Shown: one piece after another, positions 27,186-39,974 of the stretch
How positions within the stretch are numbered: the first letter of the stretch is position 1
How the letters are laid out: each line of letters starts with the position of its first letter
Assembly (NCBI GenBank): GCA_964463175.1
Contig: CAYXBJ010000092.1
Coordinates: 70,931-134,930 of the forward strand
Reading direction: 5' to 3'
Source of the DNA: an uncultured bacterium
GTDB lineage: Bacteria > Methylomirabilota > Methylomirabilia > Rokubacteriales > DASRDR01
DNA: 64,000 nt
Notes under the pieces: model-generated
The model's database searches: none
What the model saw: the letters and a program-made list of their open reading frames with translations, nothing else
What the model was told of the DNA's origin: nothing
Made by a program: the position numbers and the translations under genes

Positions 27186-28793
27186 CTAGTGGGCCGGGGC
27201 GAGAACGCGGCCGGTCGGCCGCGCATGGAACTGCCCCGCCTCGAGCACGGCGCCCCCGTTGATCCAGACCCAGCGGAAGCCGGCCGGATAGCGGTGCGGC
27301 GCCTGATACGTGGCGAGGTCATCGACGGTGTCCGGGTCGAAGATCACGAGGTCCGCGGCGGCCCCCGGGCGGAGCACGCCACGATCCGTGAGACCGAGTC
27401 GCTGGGCGGACTGGCCGGTCATCTTGTGGACCGCCCCCTCCCAGCTGAGGACGCCGCGCTCCCGCACGTAGGTCCCCAGGATCTTGGCGAAGCACCCGTG
27501 CTGCCGGGGATGGGGCTTCCCGGGATGCGTGTCCTCGGGTCCCGCACAGAGGCCGAGGTTGTCGGAGCCGACCGTGACGTGGGGGAACTGGAGCCCGCGG
27601 GCGACGTTGGCGTCGAGCATCAGGAAGTTGATCATCGAGACCTGCCCCTCGGCTTCGAGGAGGAGGTCGACCAGGACGTCCTCGGGGGACGCGCGCCGGG
27701 CCGCAGCGATCTCGGCCATGGTCTGCCCCTCGGTGCTCGGCACGCGCGGGCACTCCGCGACCATGACGTCCGACCACGCCACCGGGCCATTCGGCCCGTT
27801 CCACTCCCCCTCGGCCGCCCGGCCCCCGTCGAGGATTCGCTGGCGGGCGGCGCCGTCGGCCAGCCGGGCGAGCAGGGTTGGCATTCCCCCTTCGTGCACC
27901 CAGGTGGGCAGCAGGCTCGCCAGCGTGGTGGAGCCGGCCGTGTACGGGTACATGTCGGCCGTGACGTCGATCCCCCGCGCCCGGGCCGTCTCGATCGTCC
28001 GGAGGGCTTCGCCCATCTTGGGCCAGTTGGCCTTGAGGCACGCCTTCAGGTGCGAGATCTGGACGGGCAGCCCGCCCTCGTCGCCGATCCGGATCGCCTC
28101 GGCGATGGCCGCCTCGAGGGTCGGCCCCTCCCCGCGGATGTGCGAGGTGTAGAGCCGACCGGGACGGCCCCCGACCACCCGGGCCAGCGCCACCAGCTCG
28201 GCCGTGTCCGCGTAGACACTCGGCGCGTAGATCAGCCCCGTCGACAGGCCGAACGCGCCGGCATCGAGGGCCTCGCCGAGCGTCGCGGCCAGGCGCCGTG
28301 TCTCGTCCAGCGTCGGGGGCCGGCGCTCGAAGCCCATCGCCGCGATCCGGAGCGTGCCGTGGCCGACGAAGGGCACGACGTTGCCCGTGAGCCCGGCCTG
28401 GCGGAGGCGCTCGAGCCAGGAGCCAAAGCTGGTCCAGTCCCAGTCGAGCTGGGCGGAGAGGAACGACGCCCACTCGCGGAGCAGCCCGCCGCCCGGCGGC
28501 GCGGGCGCCGGGGAGAAGCCGCACATGCCGGTCACCTCGGTGGTGACGCCCTGACGGACCTTGGCCTCGGCGGACGGGTACGCGAGCAGCGAGAAATCGG
28601 AGTGGGCGTGCATGTCGATAAAGCCGGGCGCGACGATGCAGCCGGTCGCGTCGACCACCCGCCCCGCCTCGCCCGCGAGGCCCGGCGCGACCGCCAGAAC
28701 CCGATCCCCGGCAAGCGCGACATCGGCGCGCCGGCCCGGGGCTCCGGTACCGTCGACGACGGTCCCGCCGCGGATCAGCCAGTCGAAGGCCAG
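27186..28793 (-). CDS. D-aminoacylase (N-acyl-D-amino-acid deacylase)
   Basis: Track ORF 27186..28658 matches D-aminoacylase throughout (PGFIDMHAHSD, etc.). The conserved N-terminal LAFDWLIRGGTVVDG continues in frame up to a TGA, with no ATG/GTG/TTG present. Apparent CTG start at 28793 preceded by GAGGGG. Confidence 0.75.
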   Translation of the reverse strand: MAFDWLIRGGTVVDGTGAPGRRADVALAGDRVLAVAPGLAGEAGRVVDATGCIVAPGFIDMHAHSDFSLLAYPSAEAKVRQGVTTEVTGMCGFSPAPAPPGGGLLREWASFLSAQLDWDWTSFGSWLERLRQAGLTGNVVPFVGHGTLRIAAMGFERRPPTLDETRRLAATLGEALDAGAFGLSTGLIYAPSVYADTAELVALARVVGGRPGRLYTSHIRGEGPTLEAAIAEAIRIGDEGGLPVQISHLKACLKANWPKMGEALRTIETARARGIDVTADMYPYTAGSTTLASLLPTWVHEGGMPTLLARLADGAARQRILDGGRAAEGEWNGPNGPVAWSDVMVAECPRVPSTEGQTMAEIAAARRASPEDVLVDLLLEAEGQVSMINFLMLDANVARGLQFPHVTVGSDNLGLCAGPEDTHPGKPHPRQHGCFAKILGTYVRERGVLSWEGAVHKMTGQSAQRLGLTDRGVLRPGAAADLVIFDPDTVDDLATYQAPHRYPAGFRWVWINGGAVLEAGQFHARPTGRVLAPAH

Positions 28794-28849
28794 AGGCGCC
28801 CCTCAGGTCCGCCGGGGCGGGCCAACGGCCGGCGAGCCTCCGACGTCGG

Positions 28850-29374
28850 TCAGGGCTTGGGCTCCTCGATCTTGACGGTCTTCATCTTGTCGCCGACCTT
28901 GATGCGGTCCACCACGTCCATGCCCGACGTCACCTGGCCGAAGACCGTGTAGTTGTTGTCGAGGTGCGGGGCCGGGGCGAAGCAGATGTAGAACTGGCTG
29001 CCCGCCGAGTCCGGGCTCTGCGAGCGGGCCATGGCCACCGTCCCGCGCACGTGCTTCCGCTTGTTGAACTCGGCCTTCAGCATGTAGCCGGGGCCGCCGG
29101 TGCCGTCGCCCTTCGGGTCCCCGCCCTGGGCGACGAAGCCCGGCACCACCCGGTGGAAGGTGAGCCCGTCGTAGAAGCCCTTCTTGGAAAGCGTGATGAA
29201 GCTCTCGACCGTCTTCGGCGCGTCTTCCGGGTACAGCTCGATCCGGATCTCGCCGCCCTTCTCCATCGTGATCACCGCGGTCGGATGCATCCTCGGCTGT
29301 CCCTCCACGCCACCCGGGATCACCGGGAGCGCCGTCATGAGCCCCATCACGCCGATCCATCGCCACCCGCGCAT
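28850..29374 (-). CDS. ppiB: peptidyl-prolyl cis-trans isomerase, cyclophilin type, with signal peptide
   Basis: 174 aa. Cyclophilin motifs [15 protein letters not shown] and GTVAMARS....GSQFYICF. Confidence 0.9.
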   Translation of the reverse strand: MRGWRWIGVMGLMTALPVIPGGVEGQPRMHPTAVITMEKGGEIRIELYPEDAPKTVESFITLSKKGFYDGLTFHRVVPGFVAQGGDPKGDGTGGPGYMLKAEFNKRKHVRGTVAMARSQSPDSAGSQFYICFAPAPHLDNNYTVFGQVTSGMDVVDRIKVGDKMKTVKIEEPKP

Positions 29375-29606
29375 GCCGTGCTCCTCCTCTGGGTCGAAGC
29401 GCCGGCCATTCTACCGCAAGGAACGGGATCCGGTTCGCGCGCCACGCGGTCGAGCCGGTCTACCTCCGGAGGGTTTCGGTGGGTCCACGTCTCATCATAC
29501 GCGGGCGACGCGACGGCCGGCCGAGGACGTTCGCGCCGCCGCCCACGGGGCTCCCCGGCAGGCCCGACGCGGGGGCGGCTCGAGCCCATCTGCTACACTG
29601 GAGGGA

Positions 29607-31407
29607 CATGCAAACGCGACCCGACGTCCGTAACGTCGCTATCATCGCGCACGTCGACCACGGCAAGACGACGCTCGTGGACGCGATGCTCTGGCAAGGC
29701 GGCATCTTCCGCGCGAACGAGTCGGTCCCCGAGCGGATCATGGACTCGATCGACCTCGAGCGGGAGAAGGGCATCACCATCATGGCGAAGAACACCGCGA
29801 TCTCCTATCGCGGGGTGAAGATCAACATCGTCGACACGCCGGGCCACGCGGACTTCGGGGGCGAGGTCGAGCGCACCCTGACGCTGGTCGACGGCGTCCT
29901 CCTCCTCGTCGACGCCGCCGAGGGCCCGCTCCCGCAGACCCGCTTCGTGCTGCGGAAGGCGCTCGAGGCCGGGCTCCCCCCGGTGGTCGTGATCAACAAG
30001 ATCGACCGGGCCGACGCCCGGCCGGTCCAGGTGCTCGACGAGGTCTACGATCTGTTCATCGACCTCGACGCCGACGAGAGCCAGCTGGACTTCCCGGTGA
30101 TCTACACCGACGCCCGCCGCGGCACGGCCACCGCGCGCCTGGACGAGCCCGGGCGCTCCCTCGAGCCCCTGTTCGAGGCGCTTCTCGCCACGGTGCCGCC
30201 GCCGCGCTACGACCCGGCCATGGGACTCCAGTTGCGGGCGGCCAGCCTCGACTGGGACGACTACGTGGGCCGGCTCATCATCGGGCGCGTCACGAACGGG
30301 ACGATCCGAGCCACCGACCGCATCGCCGTCGTCCGGCGCTCCGGCGCGATCGAGCCCGCCAAGGTGACGGTGGTCTACGTCTACGAAGGGCTCCGCCGGG
30401 TCGAGGTGCCCGAGGCCGGCCCCGGGGAGCTGGTCGCGATCGCCGGCGTCGAGGCCATGGACATCGGGGAGACGCTGGCCGACCCCGAGCGCCCGGTCGC
30501 CCTCCCGCCGATCCAGATCGACGAGCCCACGGTCGCCATGCTGTTCTCCTCCAACGTGTCCCCATTCGCCGGGCGCGAGGGCAAGTACGTGACCTCCCGG
30601 CACCTGCGCGACCGCCTCTTCAAGGAGGCGCGCACCAACGTGGCCATGCGGATCGAAGAGACCGAGACCCCGGATACCTTCAGGGTGTCGGGACGGGGCG
30701 AGCTCCAGCTCGCGATCCTGATCGAGATGGTCCGGCGCGAAGCCTACGAGCTCGAGGTCGGGCAGCCCGAGGTCATCACCCGAACCGAGGACGGCCAGCG
30801 GCTCGAGCCCATGGAGCATCTGGTTGTCGATTGCCCCGAGGACTACATCGGGATCGTCACCCAGAAGGTCGGAACGCGGCGCGGGCAGATGGTCAAGATG
30901 ACCAACCACGGGACCGGGCGCGTGCGCCTCGAGTACCGGATCCCCGCGCGCGGGTTGATCGGCTACCGGTCCGAGTTCCTCACCGACACGCGCGGGAGCG
31001 GGCTTCTGAACCACATCTTCGACGGGTGGGCGCCCTGGCACGGGGAGATCCCGCGCCGGACCACCGGCGCCCTCGTGGCGGATCGTGAGGGACGGGCAAC
31101 CGGCTATGCGATCGACCACCTCCAACCCCGCGGAACCTTCTTCGTCCGGCCCGGCGATCCCGTGTACGAGGGGCAGATCGTGGGCGAGCACGTCCGCGAG
31201 AACGACCTCGACGTGAACGTGACGAAGGAGAAGAAGCTCACGAACATGCGGGCGTCCACGTCCGACGAGGGCATTCGCCTAGCCCCGCCCCGAATCATGA
31301 GCCTCGAGCAGTGTCTCGAGTGGATACGCGACGATGAGCTGCTCGAGGTGACGCCGGCCTCGCTGCGCCTGCGAAAGAAAGCGCTGGTTGCCCGGCGCCG
31401 GTTCTAG
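29607..31407 (+). CDS. typA: translational GTPase TypA/BipA
   Basis: ATG at 29607 preceded by GGAGGG. G1-G4 motifs ([18 protein letters not shown]). EF-G-like domains through to the C-terminus. Confidence 0.95.
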
Positions 31408-32551
31408 ATCGGCGCGATTCCTCGGCCGGCTCGCCGGCCTCAGCATCCTCGCTCTCCTCCCGGCGGTATCGGCCCGCGCCCAGCCGGATCCCGAGCCGCG
31501 CGCCTACCTCGAGGTCGGGACCGAGGTCCCCTTGAAGGGGAACGCGCCCATCGACGGCTATGCCTTCTTCCTCTGGAACCGCCCCAACTTCCCGGCCGAC
31601 GACCAGTATCTGCGGGTTGTCGTGGCGCCAACCTACCTCCTGTCGGAGTTCGTCCAGGACCACTGGCCGTACACGGGGCACGCCGTCAGCATCGGCCTGA
31701 ACGGCGGCGGCATCCGCTACGGGCACTGGGAATACCGGGACGGCAGCTACAAGGGCGCGGAATCGTTCTGGGGTGACGGGGCCGAGGTCCCGCTCTCCTA
31801 TTACGCCGGCACCAAGCTCTTCGGCCAGCTACCGCTCCAGGGCCAGATCCGCGTCACGCCGGCCTACCTCGTCTACCAGCGGTCCTTCGACACCGCCAAC
31901 CGCTTCGAGTTACCCGCCGACACCGGGCTCTTCACGGGGCGGATCGGACTCCGGCTGGGGGGCGTGCCGCCGGAGCTCCTGCCGAAGCTCGCGCTCGAAG
32001 TATCCGCCTGGTACGAGGCCAGCTACCGCACGGACCCCGAGTCGTTCGGCTTCCCGGAGCGCCGCGAGTCGCTCGAGTCGCTGACGCAGCGCGCCTGGGG
32101 TCGCCTGGCCGCGGTATTCAATCCGCTCGAGGGACACACCGTCGAGCTCACCGTCACCGCGGGGCTCTCCAAGGACGTGGATCTCCTGTCGAGCTTCCGG
32201 CTGGGAAGCGCGCTCCCCTTCCGGAGCGAGCTCCCGCTGATCCTGCACGGTTACTTCGTCGAGGAGGTGTTCGCCAAGCGGTTCTGGCTAGTGAATGCCT
32301 CCTACCGCCTGCCGGCCTGGCCGGGGCAGCGATCGGTCTTTCTCCGGGTCTCGGGCGACCTGGCGGGCGTCGACTACATCGCGGGGCAGGAGCTCCCGCG
32401 GAGCCGCCTGGGCGGGGCCGGCGCGGACATGTCCATCGCATTCACGCCGCGGGTGACCATGGTCATCGGATACGGTTACGGCTTCGATGCCCCCCGGAAC
32501 GGCGGGTTCGGCGGGCACATGGCCCACGCGCTGATCGAGGTGAAGTTCTAG
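31388..32551 (+). CDS. putative outer-membrane beta-barrel protein
   Basis: 387 aa. Signal peptide ([14 protein letters not shown]). Alternating amphipathic beta-strand-like segments. C-terminal aromatic residue (…EVKF). Confidence 0.45.
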   Translation: MPGAGSRSARFLGRLAGLSILALLPAVSARAQPDPEPRAYLEVGTEVPLKGNAPIDGYAFFLWNRPNFPADDQYLRVVVAPTYLLSEFVQDHWPYTGHAVSIGLNGGGIRYGHWEYRDGSYKGAESFWGDGAEVPLSYYAGTKLFGQLPLQGQIRVTPAYLVYQRSFDTANRFELPADTGLFTGRIGLRLGGVPPELLPKLALEVSAWYEASYRTDPESFGFPERRESLESLTQRAWGRLAAVFNPLEGHTVELTVTAGLSKDVDLLSSFRLGSALPFRSELPLILHGYFVEEVFAKRFWLVNASYRLPAWPGQRSVFLRVSGDLAGVDYIAGQELPRSRLGGAGADMSIAFTPRVTMVIGYGYGFDAPRNGGFGGHMAHALIEVKF

Positions 32552-32557
32552 CGGCGC

Positions 32558-34000
32558 TCAGGCGCCGGGCGGCGAGGCGGGCGCGCCCGGGGCGTTGCCG
32601 CGCCGGGGACCCCGGCGGCGCCGGCGCCGCGGGCGGCCCGGGGTCCCCTCGGCGCTCGGAGCGCTCGGCCCGGGCTTCTCGCTCGCAGCCGCCGGCGCGG
32701 CGTCGCGCCGAGGCCCGTCGCTCGGGCGCCCGGACGGGCGATGGGGCGGGCCGCCGGGACGCGGGCCGCGGCCGCCGAAGCCGGCGCGGCGGGCCTCGCG
32801 GGCCTCGGCCGAGCGGCGGCGCTCCTCGGCGGTCGGCCGGATCTCCGGCAGGAACATCGCGTCCTCCGCCCACTCCACGCGGATACGCTGCCCGATGAAG
32901 CGCTCGACCCCCTCCAACGAGAACGCGCTCGCCTCGTCCACCAGGCTGATGGCCTTCCCCGTGGCTCCAGCGCGGGCCGTCCGGCCGATCCGGTGGACGT
33001 AGTCCTCCGGATCCTGCGGGAGGTCCCAGTTGTACACGTGCGTCACGTCGGGAATGTGGAGCCCCCGGGAGGCCACGTCGGTCGCCACCAGGATGGGGAC
33101 CGTCCCGTCCTTGAAGGCCTCGAGGGTCTTCAGGCGCTTTCGCTGGTCGACGTCCCCGCTGAGCGCGCGGGCCACGTGGCCGTTCCGCTCGAGCCGCTCC
33201 ACCAGGCGGTGGACCTCGTCGCGCGTGTTGGTGAAGATGAGGATCCGTCCCCCCTGCTCGGCGGCGAGCAGTCCCAGCAGGAGCCCGAACTTCTCGTGGC
33301 GCCCCGCGTGGTAGAGCAGCTGCTCGACGCGCTCGACGGTCACCTGCTCCGGGGACACCGTGATCTGCGCCGGGTTGTTCATGAACTCGTAGGTGAGCTC
33401 GAGAACCCGGAACGAGAGCGTGGCGGAGAACAGGAAGGACTGCCGCGCCTCGGGGGGTGGCAGGCGCCGGAGGATCCAGCGAATGTCGGCGATGAAGCCC
33501 ATGTCGAACATCCGGTCGGCCTCGTCGAGGACCAGCACCTCGACCCGTGACGGCGACCAGGCGCGCTGCTTCAGGTAGTCGATCAGGCGCCCGGGCGTCC
33601 CGATCAGGAGATCGATCGGCCCCTGGAGCGAGTCCCGCTGCTTCACGTAGTCCACGCCCCCGAAGACGAGCGCCGAGCGGAGACCGGTGAACCGGCCCAG
33701 CTGCCGCGCGTCCGAGTCGATCTGCACGACGAGCTCGCGGGTGGGCGCGACGATCAGGGCGCGGGGCGACGCCTCGCGCGATCCGGTCGGCGGATGGCGT
33801 AGGAGCCGGGTGAAGGTCGCGATCAGGAAGGCGGCCGTCTTGCCGGTGCCGGTCTGCGCCTGGCCCGCCACGTCCTTGCCGCGGAGCGCGACGGGGAGGG
33901 CCGCCTCCTGGATGGGGGTGGCCGTCGTGAATCCCGCCGCGCGGATGCCCTCCTGGACCTCGGACGGGACGTCGAGCTCGGTGAATCGCATCGGCGTCAT
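32558..34000 (-). CDS. rhlE: DEAD-box ATP-dependent RNA helicase (RhlE-like) with an Arg/Gly/Pro-rich C-terminal tail
   Basis: Starts [10 protein letters not shown] inside the 743-aa track ORF. Q motif, AQTGTGKT, DEAD (VLDEAD), SAT and HRIGRTAR motifs. The ATG overlaps the tatC stop (ATGA). Confidence 0.9.
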   Translation of the reverse strand: MTPMRFTELDVPSEVQEGIRAAGFTTATPIQEAALPVALRGKDVAGQAQTGTGKTAAFLIATFTRLLRHPPTGSREASPRALIVAPTRELVVQIDSDARQLGRFTGLRSALVFGGVDYVKQRDSLQGPIDLLIGTPGRLIDYLKQRAWSPSRVEVLVLDEADRMFDMGFIADIRWILRRLPPPEARQSFLFSATLSFRVLELTYEFMNNPAQITVSPEQVTVERVEQLLYHAGRHEKFGLLLGLLAAEQGGRILIFTNTRDEVHRLVERLERNGHVARALSGDVDQRKRLKTLEAFKDGTVPILVATDVASRGLHIPDVTHVYNWDLPQDPEDYVHRIGRTARAGATGKAISLVDEASAFSLEGVERFIGQRIRVEWAEDAMFLPEIRPTAEERRRSAEAREARRAGFGGRGPRPGGPPHRPSGRPSDGPRRDAAPAAASEKPGPSAPSAEGTPGRPRRRRRRGPRRGNAPGAPASPPGA

Positions 34001-34764
34001 GCGGGCTTGGGCTTCCGGCGGCCGAAGATGCGGGCGCAGATGATGCCCGCCTCGTAGAGCAGACACAGGGGCCCGGCCATCAGAAGCTGGTTGAAGGCGT
34101 CCGGCGTCGGCGTGAGGACCGCGGCGATGATGAAGTTGATCAGGATCGCGTACTTCCGGTTCTTCGAGAGGAACTCGGGCGTCACCAGGCCGAGCCGCGC
34201 CCCCAGAGTGAGCGCGAGCGGCAGCTCGAAGACCAGGCCGAAGGCGAGCGTGAACTTCAGCACGAAGTCGACGTAGCGGTTGAGCGAGAGCGTCGGCACG
34301 AGGTTCGTGGTCTTGTAGCCCACGAGGAACTTCACGGCGAACGGGATGATGACGTTGAGGGCGAACGCGGCGCCGATGAAGAACAGCACCGTGGACAGGA
34401 CCACGAAGGGCAGGGCGAACTTCCGCTCGCTCGGGAGCAGGCCCGGGGCGATGAACGCCCAGATCTGATAGAGGAGCACGGGCAGGACCAGGAAGGCGCC
34501 CGCGATCAGGGCGACCTTCATGTTGACCCAGAACGGCTCGGTCGGCTCGAGGAAGACCAGCTTGATCGGATAGATCGGCCGGGCGAGCCAGTTGATGATC
34601 TGCTCCGAGAAGCTGAAGGTCGCGACGAAGCCGAGCCCAAGCGCGATCATGGCCGCCATGATCCGCTGCCGGAGCTCGCCCAGATGGGCGAGGAACGGCA
34701 TGCGGCCCTCGGCGACGTCCTGCGGATCGATGCCTGGCGGCAGGGCCTTCTTGAAGAACATCAC
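33997..34764 (-). CDS. tatC: twin-arginine translocase subunit TatC
   Basis: 255 aa. Six TM helices with the characteristic TatC N-terminal region ([11 protein letters not shown]). Its start overlaps the rsmI stop. Confidence 0.9.
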   Translation of the reverse strand: MMFFKKALPPGIDPQDVAEGRMPFLAHLGELRQRIMAAMIALGLGFVATFSFSEQIINWLARPIYPIKLVFLEPTEPFWVNMKVALIAGAFLVLPVLLYQIWAFIAPGLLPSERKFALPFVVLSTVLFFIGAAFALNVIIPFAVKFLVGYKTTNLVPTLSLNRYVDFVLKFTLAFGLVFELPLALTLGARLGLVTPEFLSKNRKYAILINFIIAAVLTPTPDAFNQLLMAGPLCLLYEAGIICARIFGRRKPKPA

Positions 34765-35551
34765 TCGGCCGCGGGCCCCGGGAGGTCAAGCTCGCGAGGG
34801 TTCACCAGCACGGTGAACTCGCCCCGGATGGCGGCGGCGGCGAGCGCCGACCGCAGGCTGCCCGCCGTGCCCCGCCGAAACTCCTCGAACCGCTTCGTCA
34901 CCTCGCGGGCGAGGACCACCTCGGCCGCCCCGAAGACGGTCTCGATGGCCTCGAGGGTCGCCAGGATCCGGTACGGGCTCTCGTAGAGCACGATCGGCCG
35001 GGCGAGCGTCTGGAGCTCGCGAAGTCGGGTGAGCCGACGACCGGCCTTCACCGGCAGGAACCCCTCGAAGACGAACCGGTCGGCGGGGATGCCCGCGGCC
35101 GACAGAGCGGCGACCACCGCGGAGGCGCCGGGGACCGGCACCACCGGCACGCCCGCGTCCTGGCACTGCCGGACCAGCCGGAAGCCGGGATCGGAGACCC
35201 CCGGGGTGCCCGCGTCCGTCACGAGCGCGATCCGGGCGCCCCCCTGGAGCCGGCGCACGAGCTCGGGCCCGCGGCGCGCCTGGTTGTGCTCGAAGTACGA
35301 CACGAGCGGCGCGTGGACGCCGTAGGCCTGGAGGAGCGTGCGGGTCCGGCGCGTGTCCTCCGCCGCCACGAGATCGACCGCCCGCAGGACCCGGAGCGCG
35401 CGCAGGGTGATGTCCTCGAGATTGCCGATGGGCGTGGCGACGACGAAGAGCGTCCCGGCCGGCAGCGGGGCGGGCGGCGCCGGCGCGACGCCCTCCTCGT
35501 CCGGCGCCGACCCCGGGCTCGCCGGATCGGCCAGGGCCGGGGCCGGCCCGC

Positions 35552-35555
<4 letters not shown>
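34761..35555 (-). CDS. rsmI: 16S rRNA (cytidine1402-2'-O)-methyltransferase RsmI
   Basis: C-terminal 250 aa of the 642-aa artefact [21 protein letters not shown]-terminal motif and the tetrapyrrole-methylase fold. No ATG/GTG/TTG lies between the clpX stop and the conserved motif. Possible CTG start overlapping the clpX stop (CTGA). Start uncertain. Confidence 0.7.
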
Positions 35556-36802
<1,247 letters not shown>

Positions 36803-36820
36803 TCGCTCCCTCCGGCCGCT

Positions 36821-37450
36821 CTAGCTTCGGCGCCCGTCGCCCGCCGCGGTGGCCGCCCGCAGGACCGGGGAGTGGGACACGATCACCTGGTCGACGATCC
36901 CGTACTCCTTGGCCTGCTCGGCGGTCATGAAGAAGTCGCGGTCCGTGTCGCGGGCGATCCGCTCCACCTGCTGGCCGGTGTGCGTCACCAGGATCCGGTT
37001 CAGCTCGTCCCGGATGCGCAGGATCTCCCGCGCCTGGATGTCGATGTCGGTCGCCTGCCCCTGCACGCCGGCCAGTGGCTGGTGGATCATGATCCGCGAG
37101 TGCGGCAACGCGAACCGCTTGCCCTTCGCTCCCGCGCAGAGGAGGAGCGCGCCCATCGACGCGGCCTGCCCCATGCAGATCGTCGAGACGGCCGGCTTCA
37201 CGTACTGCATGGTGTCGTAGATGGCCATGCCCGCCGTCACCGAGCCGCCCGGGCTGTTCACGTAGAGGTAGACGTCCTTGTCGGGATCCTCGGCCTCCAA
37301 GAACAGCATCTGGGCGATGACCAGGTTGGCCATGTCGTCTTCGATGTAGCTCGGCAGGAAGATGATCCGCTCCTTCAGCAATCGCGAGAAGATGTCGTAC
37401 GCGCGCTCTCCGCGCGGGGTCTGCTCCACCACCATCGGAATCAGTGCCAC
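36821..37450 (-). CDS. clpP: ATP-dependent Clp protease proteolytic subunit ClpP
   Basis: Catalytic Ser/His/Asp context ([11 protein letters not shown]). [10 protein letters not shown]-terminus. GTG start at 37450 preceded by AGGAGG. The track start at 37507 abuts the tig stop and is probably too far upstream. Confidence 0.9.
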   Translation of the reverse strand: MALIPMVVEQTPRGERAYDIFSRLLKERIIFLPSYIEDDMANLVIAQMLFLEAEDPDKDVYLYVNSPGGSVTAGMAIYDTMQYVKPAVSTICMGQAASMGALLLCAGAKGKRFALPHSRIMIHQPLAGVQGQATDIDIQAREILRIRDELNRILVTHTGQQVERIARDTDRDFFMTAEQAKEYGIVDQVIVSHSPVLRAATAAGDGRRS

Positions 37451-37507
37451 AGCGCCTCCTACCCCGGCCCGACCTGCCGTCGGGGGGTTCAATCGATCAG
37501 GGCGCAC

Positions 37508-38809
37508 TCAGGCGCCCGCAGGGACTGGCTCGCCCTCGGCGGCCGGCTCGATCTTCGCGTGCTCGACGAGCAGCGCCACGGTCTTCGCTTCGCGCAGCGT
37601 CAGGCGGAGCCCGTCCATCTCGTTGCCCCGTTCCAGCAGGCTCCGGATGGCCTGGGGGGCGCGCCCCGACTCCTGGGCCAGCCGGGCCACCTCGGCGTCC
37701 ACGTCGGCCTCGGCGGCGCTGATCTCCTCGCGCGCGGCGATGGCCTCGAGGAGGAGCGCGCGGCGCACCGAGCGCTCCGCGTCGGGCCGGAGCTCGGCCG
37801 CGAGCTTCTGGTAGTCCCACCGGACGGCGTCCGGATCGACACCCTGGCGCCGCAGGTTCTCGCGGGCGTGCCCGATCCGGTGCGAGACCTCGCGGACCAC
37901 GAGGCTCTCCGGCACCACGAACTCGTGACGGGCAAGCGCCGCGTCCACCACCGCCTCTTCGAGCGCCTGTCGATCCTGGCGCGTGCGATCGGCGACGAGG
38001 CGCGTCCGCACCGCCTCGCGCAGCTCCGCGAGCGTGTCGTGGCTGCCGAGCCCCCGGGCCAGCTCGTCGTCGATCGGCGGCACTTCCTTCTCCTTGACCT
38101 CGACGACCCGGAGGGTGAGATCCCCCGTCCGACCGCGGAGCTCCTCGCGGGGGTGCCGCTCGGGAAACCGCACCTGGACCCGCCGCTCCGCGCCCGCCTC
38201 GAGCCCGATAACCGCCTCGTCCATCTCCGGTAGCACGCGGCCGCCCCCGACCTCGAAGGCATAGCCCTGCTCGGAGCGGGGCTCGCCCTGCTCGGGGCGG
38301 AGCTCGTAGTCGATGACCACGAAGTCGCCGACGCGGGCCGGGCGCGCGACGGTCGCGAGCGTCGCCCGCTGCTCCGCCAGCGCGGCCAGCGTCGTCTCGA
38401 CGTCGGCGTCGGTCACCGGGTGGGCGGAGTGTCGGGCGGTCACGCCCCGGTACTCCCCGAGCGCGATGGCGGGCTTGATCTCGACGACCGCGGTGAACCG
38501 GAGCGGGCGGCCTTCCTCGAGCTCGAGCTCACGGAACTCCGGATCCTCGACGGGACGGATCTGCGCCTCGGCCACCGCCCGGCGATAGACGGCCGGGACC
38601 AGCGCCTCGGCCACCGCCTGCCGGACCTCGTCTCCGAAGCGCGAGCGCACGAGGGTCATGGGCACCTTGCCCCGGCGGAATCCGGGCAGGCGGGCATCCC
38701 GTTGCACCCGGCCGCATGCGGCCGCCCAGGCCGCCTGGACTTCCTCTTCAGGGGCCTCGACGACCAACTGACGCTTACACGGATCGAGTTCTTGAATCTC
38801 GACTTTCAT
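37508..38809 (-). CDS. tig: trigger factor
   Basis: 433 aa. N-terminal ribosome-binding region (GFRRGKVP), central PPIase domain, C-terminal arm. Confidence 0.9.
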   Translation of the reverse strand: MKVEIQELDPCKRQLVVEAPEEEVQAAWAAACGRVQRDARLPGFRRGKVPMTLVRSRFGDEVRQAVAEALVPAVYRRAVAEAQIRPVEDPEFRELELEEGRPLRFTAVVEIKPAIALGEYRGVTARHSAHPVTDADVETTLAALAEQRATLATVARPARVGDFVVIDYELRPEQGEPRSEQGYAFEVGGGRVLPEMDEAVIGLEAGAERRVQVRFPERHPREELRGRTGDLTLRVVEVKEKEVPPIDDELARGLGSHDTLAELREAVRTRLVADRTRQDRQALEEAVVDAALARHEFVVPESLVVREVSHRIGHARENLRRQGVDPDAVRWDYQKLAAELRPDAERSVRRALLLEAIAAREEISAAEADVDAEVARLAQESGRAPQAIRSLLERGNEMDGLRLTLREAKTVALLVEHAKIEPAAEGEPVPAGA

Positions 38810-38839
38810 TGATTGGATCGTGCCATCCTAGGCGAGGTG

Positions 38840-38928
<89 letters not shown>

Positions 38929-39034
38929 GTCCTGTGTGTCGCGGCGGCGTCGACCTCCCTGCCCCGCGCGCGTGATCGCGTTCCGGCCTGCACGAGTATA
39001 CCGGAGGGAGACACCCCCGGCAAGAAACCGCGTT

Positions 39035-39898
39035 TCAGGCGCCGTCCCAGGACTCGCTGTCGATGCGAACCGAGAGCCGATGGCCGGCGCCGGGCGCAAC
39101 GGTGACGGCGCCGCGCCCGACGTTGCCGGACTCCACGCAGACGAAGCTGCGCCATTCGTCGTCGCCGAGATCGGGCAAGGCCCGCGCCGGCGCGGGGCCC
39201 GGATTCCACACGACGGTCGCGTCGGAGCCCGTCTTGGCGATCGTCACGCGGCGTCGCGCGCGCGGGTCCCACACGATGCAGGTCGCGCGCGTCTCGTCGT
39301 ACACACGGTCCGTCTCGCCGCGCAGGAGGACCGGGCCGGCGCCATCGCGTTTCCGCGCGAAGCCATCGGCCTCGTCGAGGAACGGGGCGCCCTCGAGTCC
39401 GGTCAGGTGGATCTGCTCCACGTCCTCCACCGCGAGATACGTGTGGAGCGCGTCCTCGAACCGGATCGACGCCGGCCCGCGGTTCTCGACCTCGAGCGTG
39501 AGCTCGAGGCTGGCGCCGACCCCGACGCGGTAGCGCAACGCCGCGCCGGGAGGCCAGTCCACGGCGGCCGCGGCGCTCAGGCCGAGCGTCAGGACCGCCA
39601 CGCCCGTCGCGTCCACCCGGGCCTCCTCGAGGCGCCACGGGAGACACCGCGCCGGGCCGTGCAGCGGCGCGGTGGGATCATCGGCCTTCTGGCCGAACCA
39701 CGGAAAGACGAGCGGCACCCCGCCCCGGATCGGCACGCCGGCGGTGAAGCGGCTCGCGCCACTCAGAAAGAGGAGCGGGGCGCTCGGCCGCGGCGCATAG
39801 GCCGTGACGTGTGCGCCCTGGAGATAGACCTCCGCCCGGGCGAGGGTCGTCTCGATCTCGAGGCGCGGAAGGCCCCCGCGCCCGGCGGTGAGCCGCAC
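39035..39898 (-). CDS. D-hexose-6-phosphate mutarotase (aldose 1-epimerase family, YeaD-like)
   Basis: 287 aa. Aldose-epimerase fold motifs (GGVPLVFPWFG, HTYL). Confidence 0.65.
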   Translation of the reverse strand: MRLTAGRGGLPRLEIETTLARAEVYLQGAHVTAYAPRPSAPLLFLSGASRFTAGVPIRGGVPLVFPWFGQKADDPTAPLHGPARCLPWRLEEARVDATGVAVLTLGLSAAAAVDWPPGAALRYRVGVGASLELTLEVENRGPASIRFEDALHTYLAVEDVEQIHLTGLEGAPFLDEADGFARKRDGAGPVLLRGETDRVYDETRATCIVWDPRARRRVTIAKTGSDATVVWNPGPAPARALPDLGDDEWRSFVCVESGNVGRGAVTVAPGAGHRLSVRIDSESWDGA

Positions 39899-39974
39899 GC
39901 CGGGCGGTAGCGGATGGTCGAGCGCCGAAGTAACCGTGCGCGCGCTTACGGGCGGGCGGTGCGCCGGGCCGGGG

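Noticed and set aside
32558-34789. 743-aa ORF implying a helicase with a 260-aa N-terminal extension
   Set aside because: The helicase starts at MTPMRF (34000). The upstream portion is the tatC gene read in the wrong frame.
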